The translations under genes were made by a program, and so were the position numbers. 64,000 bases of DNA. It comes from Thermoplasmata archaeon. GTDB taxonomy: Archaea; Thermoplasmatota; Thermoplasmata; Lutacidiplasmatales; UBA184. Below are positions 36,226 to 46,782 of the stretch, piece after piece. Numbering within the stretch: the stretch's first letter is position 1; each line of letters opens with the position of its first letter. The stretch spans positions 10,290 through 74,289 of the forward strand of contig JAKAWP010000001.1 of the NCBI GenBank assembly GCA_021816955.1. The letters run 5' to 3'. Below the pieces are notes generated by a model. That model was not told the origin of the DNA. It worked only from the letters and a program-made list of their open reading frames with translations, and made no database searches.

Positions 36226-37287
36226 GTGGGAGCCGCGCGGCGTCCGTGGACTTACGCTCGAAGCGGCGTCGACCGGCGGGCGGTCTCGGTCGCGCTCGAC
36301 CGACTGCTCCGAGCCGCTCGGTCGCCCCGGCCCCCGCGCTCGGCCGGCCGGCCGGTCGGTGCGCCGGGCCATTACGCGGGGCTCTGGGCGATCGGACGCG
36401 AGGTCATCGCGGTGACCACCGACACGGTCGGGACGAAGGTGCTCGTCGCCGACGCGCTCGGACGGTGGGAAGAGGTCGGCGAGGATATCGTCGGGGTGAA
36501 CGTCAACGACTTGGCCGCGGTCGGGGCGCGACCGGCCGGGTTGGTCGACACGATCCTCTGCGCCGCGCCCGACCCTCGGCGATTCGCGGCGATCGGCCGG
36601 GGACTCGCCCGCGGGCTTCGGTCCGCCCGGTGCGCGCTGCTGGGCGGCGAGACCGCCGTCGTGCCCGAGATCGTGCGGGGAATCGACCTCGGAGGGACCG
36701 CCGTCGGCTTCTTTCCGCGCGGGCGACGCCCGATCCTCGGTGACCGGCTGCGCCCGAACGACATCATCCTCGGGCTTCGCTCGACCGGCTTGCACGCGAA
36801 CGGCTTCACCCTGGTCCGCCGTTGGCTCGCGGAGGAGCGGCTCCCGCTCGACCGGCCCCGGCCGGGGGCTCGGCGACCGCTCGGGGAAGAGCTCCTCCGG
36901 CCGACTCGGATCTATGTTCGGGCCATCGACGCGATCGCGGACGAGCCCGGGGTGCACGGGCTCGCGCACATCTCCGGCGGAGGCGTCCGCAACCTGGTCC
37001 GGCTGAATCGGCGGGTCCGATTCCGGCTCGACCAATGGCCGGCTCCGGACGGCCTGTTTGCCTTCATCGCCGAACGCGGCGGCATCTCTTTGCGCGAGAT
37101 GTACCAGACGTTCAACATGGGCATCGGGTTCGTCGTGATCGTCGCTCCGAGCGCCGCGGCCTCCATCGCGGAGCGCCTCGAGCGGGCCGGCGCCGGCCCG
37201 GTCGTTCGGCTCGGGTCGCTCGCGCCGGGGCACGGCGTCGAGCTCCCCCACCTCGGCCTCTTGTACGATGAGTACGGCGGCGCCTGA
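36226..37287 (+). CDS. purM: Phosphoribosylformylglycinamidine cyclo-ligase
   Basis: TYARSGVD, TDTVGTK, NVNDL, GGETA, STGLHANG, AHISGGG, TFNMGIG. Confidence 0.94.
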   Translation: MGAARRPWTYARSGVDRRAVSVALDRLLRAARSPRPPRSAGRPVGAPGHYAGLWAIGREVIAVTTDTVGTKVLVADALGRWEEVGEDIVGVNVNDLAAVGARPAGLVDTILCAAPDPRRFAAIGRGLARGLRSARCALLGGETAVVPEIVRGIDLGGTAVGFFPRGRRPILGDRLRPNDIILGLRSTGLHANGFTLVRRWLAEERLPLDRPRPGARRPLGEELLRPTRIYVRAIDAIADEPGVHGLAHISGGGVRNLVRLNRRVRFRLDQWPAPDGLFAFIAERGGISLREMYQTFNMGIGFVVIVAPSAAASIAERLERAGAGPVVRLGSLAPGHGVELPHLGLLYDEYGGA

Positions 37288-37344
37288 CCCCGCCCGGACG
37301 AGAGCGCGGGGCTCGCGGAACCGGAGGGCCCCCTGATCGCTTCC

Positions 37345-38265
37345 GTGCGGACGCGCGCGCTCGCGGCCGGGCTCAGCGTGGCGGCCGCCTTCCTGTGGGC
37401 GACGTACTATGTCTTCATCCTGTCGCTCTCGGCCACGCCGACCGCGGTCGCCGTCGTCTTCTATCCGTTCGTGTTCGGCGGTCTCGGCTATCTGGTCTGG
37501 ATCGCGTTCGCCGGCCACGCGCGTTCGTTCGTGCAAGTCTGGCGGGAACCGCTAAGCTACCTACGCGTCGCGCTCCTCGTCGGGATGCAGTTCTCGGTCG
37601 TGGCGGCGACCTACCTCCTCGGGCCGGTCGACGCGTCGCTCCTCTCGCTCGTCGGCGACGTCGTCGTGACCCCGCTCATCGTCCTCGCCTTCTTCGCCCC
37701 GGTGGGCGGCGCGCACCAGCGGGCGGTGTTCTGGGTCGGCCTCGCGCTGGCGGCCGCTGGCGGGAGCCTCACGATCGTGGGCGGCGCGACCGTCCGGCCC
37801 GTGGCGGGGCTCGGGTGGCTGGTCGCCGCGATCGTGCCGGTCACGGTCGCGTTCTACTTCCTGCTCACCGCCCGAGCCAACCGGGGCGCCCCGGGGCCGG
37901 CCGTCGTCGGGCAATCGCTCGCGGCGGCCGCCGGGGCGACGTTGGTCGTCGCCGCGGTCAGCCCCGGCGGCCTCGGCTCGCTCGCCCTCGGCGACGCCCG
38001 CGACCTCGGGCTGCTCGCGCTCACGGGCCTCACCTCGTTCACGCTCGCCCCGGCGCTTTACTTCTCCTCCATCGAGCGGGTCGGGTTGTTCCTCCCGGCG
38101 CTGCTCATGGTGACGATCCCGATCTTCACCCTCAGCCTCGCGCTTGCGCTGCTCGGCCTCGTCCCGCCGTGGGCGGCGCTGGCCGGCATCCCGATCGCGC
38201 TCGCGGGAGCGGTCGCCGCGGCGTCCGGCGAGCACGAGCCGTGGAACCGCCTTCCCTCGAGCTGA
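37345..38265 (+). CDS. DMT/EamA family transporter
   Basis: About ten TM helices in two repeats; AAFLWAT N-terminal motif. Confidence 0.75.
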   Translation: MRTRALAAGLSVAAAFLWATYYVFILSLSATPTAVAVVFYPFVFGGLGYLVWIAFAGHARSFVQVWREPLSYLRVALLVGMQFSVVAATYLLGPVDASLLSLVGDVVVTPLIVLAFFAPVGGAHQRAVFWVGLALAAAGGSLTIVGGATVRPVAGLGWLVAAIVPVTVAFYFLLTARANRGAPGPAVVGQSLAAAAGATLVVAAVSPGGLGSLALGDARDLGLLALTGLTSFTLAPALYFSSIERVGLFLPALLMVTIPIFTLSLALALLGLVPPWAALAGIPIALAGAVAAASGEHEPWNRLPSS

Positions 38266-38293
38266 CCGGCCTGTCCGCCGGCGCCGGCGGACC

Positions 38294-40747
38294 TCAGAAC
38301 AACGGCCGGGTCGTCCGCCGCTTCGGCCGGGGCGACCCGTCGCCGAGGGGAGAGTCGAGGGTGACGGGCGGCGTCCCGGCCGCCGCGGACGCCGGGGCCG
38401 GTAGCTCGGTGATGCGGCGTTGGTGGCTTCCTCGGAGGAGGGCGGCGGCGTCCCAGTCGAATACTTCGGTCACGCGCGCGAGGGTCTGGGCGACGCGGTC
38501 CGCATAGTACGCCCAGTCCGGCGTGCACGGATGCAAGGGCCCCTCGATCCACGGCTCGATCTGTTGGGGGGTGGCGCGGGAGTCGGTGACGATCCACGCG
38601 ACCTTCATACCGGGGATCACATCGTAGCCCGCCTCCTTGAGCTGACGGTAAACCCGGAGGAACGGGAGCGAGTCGCGGGTGCTTTCGTTGTACTCCTCCT
38701 CGGGACGGACCGTCCGGGCGATCACGAGCTTCTCGATCGGGACTTCTCCGTCCCGGACCGCTCGGACGAGCTCTCGCGACCGGCGAACGGCGCCGTCGGT
38801 GTCGCCCGCGAGGACGAGGTCGAAGACCTCGAGGAGCGCCTCCGACTGGTAGTCGAACGCGTCCGTCCGTCGGGTCTCGTAGCCGCGGATGACCGTCTCC
38901 TCCTTCGGCCAGAGCTGCCGGCCGACGTAGCGCTTCTTCGCGCCGTGCGAGAAGAAGGCGCTGTAGACCGACTGGAACTCGAACGTCGCGCCCGCTTGGG
39001 TGAAGCGCCGGGCGATCTCCTCGCCGAAGCGCCGGGCGCCGTCGAGCGACGCGTCGGGCGACTGGACGAAGACGGAGTCGGTGTCGGAGTACACCACGTG
39101 GTGTCCCTCGGCTTCGAGCGCGCGGATGATCGACGTGATCGCCTCCCGGGCGAACGCCGTGATCGCCGCGCCGATCTCCTTGTTGGTGAACCGGTAGAAG
39201 CTCGAGGCGAGGACGCCGTAGAACGAATTCATCAGGATCTTCACCGCGCTCTGGAGCCCGTCGTAGTACTGCCGCAGATCGTCGGAGTCGGCCGTGCGGG
39301 CGAGCGCCCGGAACCGCTCCCGGTCCTGGAGGAGCTCGCTCAGGATCGCGGGAATCAACCCGCGACGGACTTCCGGCGCGAGGAACCGCGCGGTCCCGTC
39401 GGGCGCGACGGTCGTTCCGTCCGGGCTGAGCGTCGTGAAGCAGAGGTTCTTGGCGATGATGATCGACGGATACATCGACTTGAAGTCGAGCACGACGACC
39501 CAGCGGTACAGTCCGGGCCGGATCGCGTGGACGTACCCGCCCTCGATCGGGGCTTCCCGACGGCCGAGGTGATTCGGCGGGACGCCGACCCCCTCCTGAT
39601 CGGCCCGGGGGATCAAGAGCGCGTCGATGAACTGCGAGGTCCGGCCGTTCAGTCCCTCCTCGAGCGGGAGGTGGGCGACCGTCGCGAGGTCGGCGGCTCG
39701 CTCCACCGTCCGCAGGCGCTCCAAGATGCGTCGCGCGAGCTCCGCGTCGCGCACGCAGTACTCGACGACCCGGTCCGGGTCGCGAGCCCACTCCTCCTCG
39801 ATCCGGCGCCGATCGACGTCCAGCTTCGATTCCCCGAGCAGGGTGCGGGCGACGTATTGCAGCGTCTCCTGCTTGGGCCGCAGGTCCCGGCGGGCGGACC
39901 ACCAGGCGTCGGCGATGACCCGTCCGCTCACCCGCCAGAGGCGCTCGCCGGCGTCTCTCGGCCCGCTTCGGTCGCGGCCGAGGGGGAGGGAGGCGAGGCC
40001 GAGCGCTTGGGCTCGCTCCACCAAGAGGGGCAAGTCGTAGCCGCCGATGTTGTAGCCGGTGATCACGTCGGGGTCGTCGTCTTGGACCACCCGGCAGAAC
40101 GCTTCGAGGAGCGCCCGCTCGTCCGACTCCCGCAGGCGGTACGTCTTCGGGGGGCGCGCCCCCCCGACGGCATCGCAACAGATGGTGAAGATCGTCCGGT
40201 CCCGGATCGCGTTCTCGATGTCGAAGGCGAGGACCCGGAGCGGGGGGCGGAACGGGTCGCACGGGCGGATCTCCCGCCCGTCGCCGTGGGCGATCCGAAC
40301 GACGGTGGGGACCGTGTAGCGGCTGCGGATCTCCTCCGGCTCCGGCTCGCCGTCGAACTCGACCGTGAGGCCGAGCCGCTTGTCGTAGAGGAATCGGTGC
40401 ACGAACGGGATGTCGCACGCGAGCACGCTCGCGTCGTCGTTCGGTCGACGGAACCGATCGCGGTACTCGGGAACCTTCCACGGCGAGCGGAGGGTGACCC
40501 GGATCCCGGGGCGCCGCCGGCTGCCGATCCACCGCTCGACGGGTTCCCACCGGACGATCTCGGGGTCGGCGTCAAGGCTCGCGCGGTTCGCCTCGGTCGG
40601 CTCGATCAGCTCGAAGTACGGTAGGAAATCGTAGTACCGGCCGACCACCGCGCGGCCGTCCGGCGTGCGGCCGAACAACTCGACCACCACGCCGTTGTCG
40701 GTGCGTTGGTACGACCCTCCCAACAGGAAGAGGCGAAACGTCTCCAC
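38294..40747 (-). CDS. polB: Family B DNA polymerase
   Basis: ExoI FDIE, ExoII GYN...YD, ExoIII YC..D, DFKSMYPSII, KILMNSFYG, YSDTDS, KKRY. Confidence 0.96.
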   Translation of the reverse strand: METFRLFLLGGSYQRTDNGVVVELFGRTPDGRAVVGRYYDFLPYFELIEPTEANRASLDADPEIVRWEPVERWIGSRRRPGIRVTLRSPWKVPEYRDRFRRPNDDASVLACDIPFVHRFLYDKRLGLTVEFDGEPEPEEIRSRYTVPTVVRIAHGDGREIRPCDPFRPPLRVLAFDIENAIRDRTIFTICCDAVGGARPPKTYRLRESDERALLEAFCRVVQDDDPDVITGYNIGGYDLPLLVERAQALGLASLPLGRDRSGPRDAGERLWRVSGRVIADAWWSARRDLRPKQETLQYVARTLLGESKLDVDRRRIEEEWARDPDRVVEYCVRDAELARRILERLRTVERAADLATVAHLPLEEGLNGRTSQFIDALLIPRADQEGVGVPPNHLGRREAPIEGGYVHAIRPGLYRWVVVLDFKSMYPSIIIAKNLCFTTLSPDGTTVAPDGTARFLAPEVRRGLIPAILSELLQDRERFRALARTADSDDLRQYYDGLQSAVKILMNSFYGVLASSFYRFTNKEIGAAITAFAREAITSIIRALEAEGHHVVYSDTDSVFVQSPDASLDGARRFGEEIARRFTQAGATFEFQSVYSAFFSHGAKKRYVGRQLWPKEETVIRGYETRRTDAFDYQSEALLEVFDLVLAGDTDGAVRRSRELVRAVRDGEVPIEKLVIARTVRPEEEYNESTRDSLPFLRVYRQLKEAGYDVIPGMKVAWIVTDSRATPQQIEPWIEGPLHPCTPDWAYYADRVAQTLARVTEVFDWDAAALLRGSHQRRITELPAPASAAAGTPPVTLDSPLGDGSPRPKRRTTRPLF

Positions 40748-40769
40748 GAGCCCGAGAGGAGGCCGGGCG

Positions 40770-41372
40770 TTAAATCCTCTGGGACGGTCGCCGCGTCCAT
40801 CGGCGAGCGGCGAGCCATCGGCCGAACCGTTCGAGATCGTGCTCCCAGCGCTCGCGAGTGGCGTGCGAACGGACGGCCGCGGGGTGGATGAGCGGAAACA
40901 GCGTTGTCCCGCCCACTCGCCGAGGGCGCCCCGCGGCCTGCGAGATCGGCGGGGCGCTCGGGTCGAACGCTCGGAGCGCGTGGCGGCCGAGCGGAACGAC
41001 GATCGGAGGTCGGAGCAGCTCCAGCTGGCGGTCGAGAAACGGACGGCAGCGCGCGGCCGCGATCGGGGAGTACCGGTTCGCCGGGGGCCGGCACTTGATC
41101 AGGTTCAGCATCCCGTACTCCGCCGCCGATAGGCCCAGGGCCGCCACCGCGCGGTCGAGGCGTTGGCCGGCACGGCCCACGAACGGTCGCCCGGCGGCGT
41201 CTTCGGCGGCCCCCGGGGCCTCCCCGACAAAGAGGACGAGGGGCGACGCCGAGCCCCGATAGACGACCACGCGCTGTCGCGTCGCGTGCAATGGGCAGCG
41301 GACGCACCGCTCGATCTCGGCCTGCAGGGTGGCCCACGCGGACGCCCCGACCGTGCTTTCCCCCGGACCCAC
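40770..41372 (-). CDS. Uracil-DNA glycosylase, family 4 (Fe-S)
   Basis: C..C.L, GEAPG..ED..GRPFVG.AG, N..KCRPP.NR, HPAA. Confidence 0.92.
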   Translation of the reverse strand: MGPGESTVGASAWATLQAEIERCVRCPLHATRQRVVVYRGSASPLVLFVGEAPGAAEDAAGRPFVGRAGQRLDRAVAALGLSAAEYGMLNLIKCRPPANRYSPIAAARCRPFLDRQLELLRPPIVVPLGRHALRAFDPSAPPISQAAGRPRRVGGTTLFPLIHPAAVRSHATRERWEHDLERFGRWLAARRWTRRPSQRI

Positions 41373-41479
41373 GACCCCCCGAGGCGACGGATCGGTTAGG
41401 CTTCTTGTACGACCGACGCCGTGTTTTCGGGACGAATCTTATATAGCATGGCCCTGTGGCTCGGCCCCTCTTCCCAGCG

Positions 41480-41914
41480 ATGACGCCCCCGTCCGGACTT
41501 CATACCGCCGGCAAGCTCACGCAGCTTCGCCAGCGGCGACGCTGGTCGGACCGCTACTACAAGCGGCGGACCCTGCACCTCAAGGAGCGATCGGACCCGC
41601 TCGAGGGAGCGCCGCAGGCCCGGGGCATCGTCATCGAGAAGGTCGGCGTGGAGGCGAAGCAGCCGAACTCCGCGATCCGAAAGTGCGTCAAGGTCCAGCT
41701 GATCAAGAACGGCCGGCAGGTCACGGCGTTCGCCGTCGGCGACGGCGCCATCAGCTTCATCGACGAGCATGACGAAGTGATGGTCGAAGGGATCGGAGGG
41801 CGGATGGGCCGGTCGTACGGCGACATCCCCGGGGTCCGCTACAAGGTGATCAAAGTGAACGGCGTATCGCTCGATGAGCTGGTGCGCGGCCGCAAGGAGA
41901 AGCCGCAGCGATGA
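41480..41914 (+). CDS. rps12: Ribosomal protein uS12
   Basis: [25 protein letters not shown]; TATA box CTTATATA at 41438. Confidence 0.97.
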   Translation: MTPPSGLHTAGKLTQLRQRRRWSDRYYKRRTLHLKERSDPLEGAPQARGIVIEKVGVEAKQPNSAIRKCVKVQLIKNGRQVTAFAVGDGAISFIDEHDEVMVEGIGGRMGRSYGDIPGVRYKVIKVNGVSLDELVRGRKEKPQR

Positions 41915-42567
41915 GCGCCACTCCCTCCCGCCCGGAGCCGGAGCCCGCCGACGCCCCGGCGCCCGAAATCGCCCGTCCCGAGGCGCCCCCGCCGCCCCCG
42001 TTCGCGCTCCCGCCGCTCTTCGGCAAGTATCCGTTCGAGGGGATCGAAGTGCACGACCCGGGGCTCGGTCCGTACCTCTACCTCCACCCGACGTACAGCC
42101 CGCACACCGAGGGGAAGCTCTCGGGCCGCCCGTTCCAGAAGACCCGGATGCACCTCGTGGAGCGGCTCGCGAACCACCTGATGAAGGGCGGGAAGTTCAC
42201 CGGCAAGAAGTCGAAGGCGATCTCGACCGTTCGCCAGGCGTTTGACGAGCTCGCCGCTCAAGAGAAGGCGAATCCGCTCCAGCTGCTCGTGAACGCGGTG
42301 GAGAACGCCGCGCCTCGCGAGGAGGTCACCCGGCTTCAATTCGGTGGGATCTCCGTTCCGCGGGCCGTCGACTCGTCCCCGAGCCGCCGCGTCTCGGTCG
42401 CCATCCGCAACCTCGCCTTGGGGGCGATCCAGGCGTCCCACAAGTCGACCAAGCCGATCCACTCCTGCCTCGCCCACGAGATCGCGCTCGCCGCGAAGGG
42501 GGATCTGACGAGCTTCGCGGTCGGTCGCAAGGAAGAAGTCGAGCGCGTCGCCCAGTCGGCCCGGTAG
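41911..42567 (+). CDS. rps7: Ribosomal protein uS7
   Basis: [34 protein letters not shown]. Confidence 0.96.
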   Translation: MSATPSRPEPEPADAPAPEIARPEAPPPPPFALPPLFGKYPFEGIEVHDPGLGPYLYLHPTYSPHTEGKLSGRPFQKTRMHLVERLANHLMKGGKFTGKKSKAISTVRQAFDELAAQEKANPLQLLVNAVENAAPREEVTRLQFGGISVPRAVDSSPSRRVSVAIRNLALGAIQASHKSTKPIHSCLAHEIALAAKGDLTSFAVGRKEEVERVAQSAR

Positions 42568-42590
42568 GCCCTGAGAGCGGAGAGACGGTC

Positions 42591-44792
42591 ATGACGCATA
42601 TTCGAAGCGAGCTGGCGAAGGCCATTCCCGAGATGATGCACAACATCGACCAGATCCGGAACATCGGGATCGTCGCCCATATCCACCACGGGAAGACCAC
42701 GCTGAGCGACAACCTCCTCGCCGCCGCGGGGATGATCTCGAACGAGCTCGCGGGCAAGCAGCTCTACCTGAACTTCGACGAACAGGAGCAGGCCCGACTC
42801 CTCACGATCAACAACGCCGACGTGACGATCGTCCACGAATTCGAGGGCCAGCCGTACCTGATCAACCTGATCGACACGCCCGGCCACGTCGATTTCGGCG
42901 GGGACGTCACCCGCGCGATGCGGGCCGTCGACGGCGCGGTCGTCGTCGTCTGCGCCGTGGAGGGGGTCATGGCCCAGACCGAGACCGTGCTGCGGCAGGC
43001 CCTGCGGGAGAAGGTGAAGCCGGTCCTCTTCATCAACAAGGTCGACCGCGCGATCAAGGAGCTCAAGCTGACCCCCGAGTCGCTCCAGAAGCGGTTCGCG
43101 ACGATCATCGCCGAGGTGAACGAGCTGATCCGCCGGATGGCGCCCGAGGAGTTCGTCGACGACTGGATGGTCGACGCCCGCGACGGGTCGGTGGCGTTCG
43201 GCTCCGGATACGAGAACTGGGCGATCAGCGTCCCGTACATGCAGCGGACCGGCGTGAAGTTCCCGGACATCATCGAGTACGTCTCGACCGGCCGCTCCCG
43301 CGAGATCGCCCAGCGAGCGAAGATCAACGACGTCGTCTTCGACATGGTCGTCCGCCACCTGCCAAGCCCGAAGACGGCGCAGCGCTACCGGATCCCGAAC
43401 ATCTGGCGCGGCGAGCCGACCAGCCCGATCGGCCAGTCGATGATCTCCACGTCGACCGACGGTCCGACCGCCTTCATGGTGACGGACATCACGATGGACC
43501 CGAGCGCGGGGGAGATCGCCACCGGGCGGGTCTTTTCCGGGCGCCTGACGAAGGGAATGGAGCTTTACGTCGCGGGAACGAAGACGAAGGACCGGGTGCA
43601 GCACGTCTCGCTGTTCATGGGCCCCGAACGTCTCATGGTCGACGAAGTGACCGCGGGGAACATCGCCGCGGTGATCGGCTTGTCCGACGCGTTCGCGGGG
43701 ACGACGATGTCGACCCTGCCCGACATGGTCCCGTTCGAGGAGATCCGGCACGTCTCCGAGCCGGTCGTCACCGTCGCCATCGAACCGAAGCATATGGGCG
43801 ACCTTCCGAAGCTGATCGAGGTCATGCGGAAGGTCGCGAAGGAGGATGCGAGTCTGCGCGTCGAGATCAACCCCGAGACCGGCGAGCACCTCTTGTCCGG
43901 CATGGGCGAGCTCCACCTCGAGATCACCCAGTACCGGATCGTCAACGACTACAAGGTCGAGATCCAGGCGTCGAAGCCGATCGTCGTCTATCGGGAGACG
44001 GTGCGCGGGCCGGGCGGCCCGTTCGAGGGGAAGTCGCCGAACAAGCACAACCGCTTCTACTTCGAGGTCGAGCCGCTCCCCGAGCCGGTCGTCCGGGCGA
44101 TCAAGGACGGCGAGATCCCCCAGGGCAAGTCGTTCAAAGACCTCAAGACCCTCGTCACGAAGCTTGAAGGGCTCGGCCTTCCGCGCGAGGAAGGCCGCGG
44201 ACTCACGGCGGTCGAGGGGACGAACCTGCTGCTCGACGTCACCAAGGGGATCCAGTACCTCAACGAGACGATGGAGCTGATCATCGACGCGTTCAAGGAA
44301 GCGATGAACCGCGGGCCGCTCGCGAACGAGAAGGTCCACGGCCTCAAGGTGCGCTTGGTCGACGCGAAGCTCCACGAGGACTCGATCCACCGCGGACCGG
44401 CGCAGACGATTCCGGCGGCCCGCAGCGGTATCTACGGCGCGATGGTACTCGCCGGCCGCGTGCTGCTCGAGCCGTTCCAGAAGGTGACGGTCAACGTTCC
44501 GCAGGACGTCCTCTCGGGAGCGACGCGGGAGCTGCAGCGCCGCCGCGGCGAGATCCTGGACATGACGAGCGTCGGCGACCTCCAGACGATCGTCGCGAAG
44601 GTGCCGGTCGCCGAGATGTTCGGGTTTGCCTCCGACATCCGCAGCGCCACCGCCGGCAAGGTCCTTTGGGCGACCGAATCGATGGGCTTCGAGCCGGTCC
44701 CGACGGAGATGCAGGCCGCGGTCGTGGCGGAGGTCCGCCAGCGGCGCGGGCTCAAGCCCGAGCCGTACGACGCCGCGTACTACGCCGGGTGA
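42591..44792 (+). CDS. fusA: Elongation factor aEF-2 with variant G motifs
   Basis: Follows S12-S7; DTPGHVDF, NKVD, GMGELHL, SPNKHN, diphthamide loop LHEDSIHRGPAQ. Confidence 0.97.
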   Translation: MTHIRSELAKAIPEMMHNIDQIRNIGIVAHIHHGKTTLSDNLLAAAGMISNELAGKQLYLNFDEQEQARLLTINNADVTIVHEFEGQPYLINLIDTPGHVDFGGDVTRAMRAVDGAVVVVCAVEGVMAQTETVLRQALREKVKPVLFINKVDRAIKELKLTPESLQKRFATIIAEVNELIRRMAPEEFVDDWMVDARDGSVAFGSGYENWAISVPYMQRTGVKFPDIIEYVSTGRSREIAQRAKINDVVFDMVVRHLPSPKTAQRYRIPNIWRGEPTSPIGQSMISTSTDGPTAFMVTDITMDPSAGEIATGRVFSGRLTKGMELYVAGTKTKDRVQHVSLFMGPERLMVDEVTAGNIAAVIGLSDAFAGTTMSTLPDMVPFEEIRHVSEPVVTVAIEPKHMGDLPKLIEVMRKVAKEDASLRVEINPETGEHLLSGMGELHLEITQYRIVNDYKVEIQASKPIVVYRETVRGPGGPFEGKSPNKHNRFYFEVEPLPEPVVRAIKDGEIPQGKSFKDLKTLVTKLEGLGLPREEGRGLTAVEGTNLLLDVTKGIQYLNETMELIIDAFKEAMNRGPLANEKVHGLKVRLVDAKLHEDSIHRGPAQTIPAARSGIYGAMVLAGRVLLEPFQKVTVNVPQDVLSGATRELQRRRGEILDMTSVGDLQTIVAKVPVAEMFGFASDIRSATAGKVLWATESMGFEPVPTEMQAAVVAEVRQRRGLKPEPYDAAYYAG

Positions 44793-44869
44793 CGATCGAG
44801 CCGACCGGCGACCGTCTCCCGCGCATCGAAAACAGCCGCGCGGGCCCAGTTACTACGCCGTGTAGTAAC

Positions 44870-45523
44870 TTAGGTCGCCGGCGCCGCGCCGCCCGAGGCG
44901 GCGGCGCCCGGCGGGCTTGCCGGCGGCGCCCGAGCGCCGACCTGCCGCCGCTCGAGCTTGGAGGCCGCGAGCTCGTCGAGGGTCCGTTGCCCCCGGGGCC
45001 GGGGGCCTTCGGCCGAGCGGGAGCGCAGCGGCCAGGCTCCCTCGCGTTCGAGCAGCCAGCGCTTGCGCCAGAGGCCGAGGCCGTAGCCGGTGATCCGTCC
45101 GTCCTGCCCGACCACCCGGTGGCACGGGACGATGATCGGGATCGGGTTGCGGGCCATCGCGCCCCCGACGGCGCGCGCGGCGCCGCGGAATCCGGCGCGA
45201 CGGGCCAGCTCTCCGTAGGTGATCGTCGATCCGGCCGGGACGCCCTCGAGCGTCTTCCAGACCTTTCGGTCGAACGCGGAGGCCGAGTCCGGCCGCGGAT
45301 CGACGTCGAACGTGATCCGCCGGCCCCGGAAGTACTCGTCCAGCTGCCGCGGAGGGCTGCCGGGCGGAAACGGCGGCTTGCGGCGGACGGCGCCGACCGC
45401 GAGCGCCGGCGCGGGCGCCCCCCGCTCGATCAGGTCGACCCGGTAGACCGCGCGCCCCTCGTAGACGACCGCGAAGACGCCGATCGGAGTGGAGAGCTCG
45501 GCCGCCTCCAACAGTTCGACCAC
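44870..45523 (-). CDS. ogt: Methylated-DNA--protein-cysteine methyltransferase
   Basis: TYGELA, ARAVG.A...NP.PII.PCHRV, GY..G..RK.WLL..E. Confidence 0.93.
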   Translation of the reverse strand: MVELLEAAELSTPIGVFAVVYEGRAVYRVDLIERGAPAPALAVGAVRRKPPFPPGSPPRQLDEYFRGRRITFDVDPRPDSASAFDRKVWKTLEGVPAGSTITYGELARRAGFRGAARAVGGAMARNPIPIIVPCHRVVGQDGRITGYGLGLWRKRWLLEREGAWPLRSRSAEGPRPRGQRTLDELAASKLERRQVGARAPPASPPGAAASGGAAPAT

Positions 45524-45571
45524 GCGGGTCGTAGCACGTGGCCGCTTATCTCCGTTTGGCAATCCGGCTGC

Positions 45572-46258
45572 TCAGTCGATACCGGACGAGGTGATCCGGA
45601 ACTCGGCGGAGCCTTCGGGCCGGGATCGGTGCTTGACGAGGATCGCCCGGCGGACGCCGGGCCCGACCTTCTCGAAGCGGACGATCGTCTTCGCCGCGTG
45701 GGCGAGGTAGGAGCCGCCGAGCGGCTCGAGCCGTCCGTCCCGGGGGTTGCGCCAGACTTGGTTGGTGACGACGACCGGCACCGTATGCGCCAGGCTCGTC
45801 GTGACGAGTTCCGCGAGCTCGAGGCCGAGGTCGAACCGGGCGTCGTCCTCCGTCGACCCCCCGAGAGCGAGCCGGTAGTACTGGGTGGCGGAGTCGACCA
45901 CGATGAGGCCGACCGGCCGCCGAGCCTCCCGGGTCATCGCGCAGGCGGCGCGCACCGCCCGGGTCTGCTCGGCGAGATCTTTCGGGGTCGCGACCCACAG
46001 ATGGCGGACGAGCCGGTCCAAGTCCGGGCCGGCGATCTGGCGCAGCCGCTCCGAGCTGAGGCCTTCCGTGTCGATGTAGAAGACCCACCGGCCCTCGAGG
46101 GCGACCCGCCGGGTCAATTCGAGGCAGACGATCGTCTTGCCGCTCCCGGCCTCCCCGTAGAATTCCGTGACGCAGTCGGGCTCGACGCCGCCGCCGAGCA
46201 GGTGGTCGAGCTCCTTCGCTCCGGTGGGGAGGCGGCCGTCGTCCATCGTGTCGGCCAC
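45572..46258 (-). CDS. radB: DNA repair protein RadB
   Basis: LDHLLGGG, GEAGSGKT, YIDTEG.S.ER, VVDS, TNQV, KHRS motif. Confidence 0.93.
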   Translation of the reverse strand: MADTMDDGRLPTGAKELDHLLGGGVEPDCVTEFYGEAGSGKTIVCLELTRRVALEGRWVFYIDTEGLSSERLRQIAGPDLDRLVRHLWVATPKDLAEQTRAVRAACAMTREARRPVGLIVVDSATQYYRLALGGSTEDDARFDLGLELAELVTTSLAHTVPVVVTNQVWRNPRDGRLEPLGGSYLAHAAKTIVRFEKVGPGVRRAILVKHRSRPEGSAEFRITSSGID

Positions 46259-46338
46259 ACCCCCCGCCGCTTAAGCGCTCGCGAGAGCGGTCGGCGACCG
46301 CGCGGTGGCCGCGGGCCGGGGAGCGTCCGCGGCCGCGC

Positions 46339-46473
46339 TCAGCGGGCCTTGAGCACCTTCTTGACGTTCGGGTGCTCCTTCGTGAAGATCTTCCCGCCGC
46401 AGTTGTCGCACCGAACCCCAAAGAGGTTCGAGTCGGACGGCAGCGGCTCTCCGCACCGGATGCAACGGAACAT
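46339..46473 (-). CDS. rpoP: RNA polymerase subunit Rpo12 (P), 44 aa, absent from ORF track
   Basis: Hand translation MFRCIRCGEPLPSDSNLFGVRCDNCGGKIFTKEHPNVKKVLKAR; directly after rpl37ae. Confidence 0.92.
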   Translation of the reverse strand: MFRCIRCGEPLPSDSNLFGVRCDNCGGKIFTKEHPNVKKVLKAR

Positions 46474-46500
46474 CGCGCGCCCGGCTCCCGCTCCGGCGGC

Positions 46501-46782
46501 TTAAGATTTGCCGGTCCCCGGCGCCGTCGTCGACGGCGCTTCGGTCCGGGTGATCGACGGCGCCGGCGCAAAGACGTACGCGTTCGAAGCGAACCGAGTC
46601 TTGCACCGCGTGCACTCGTAGACGCCGCTCGCTCGGCGGCGGACCGTCACGGTCGAGCACTTGGGGCACGGCGACGCGGCCTGGCGCGCCCGGTCGAGGT
46701 CGAGGACCCGGCGGCGGATGCGGATCCCATAGCGGGCCCCCATCCAGCCGGTCGGGCCGACCTTCTTCGTCCGCTGGCTCAT
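46501..46782 (-). CDS. rpl37ae: Ribosomal protein eL43 (L37Ae)
   Basis: TKKVG..G..GARYG, CPKC...C..C zinc finger. Confidence 0.93.
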   Translation of the reverse strand: MSQRTKKVGPTGWMGARYGIRIRRRVLDLDRARQAASPCPKCSTVTVRRRASGVYECTRCKTRFASNAYVFAPAPSITRTEAPSTTAPGTGKS

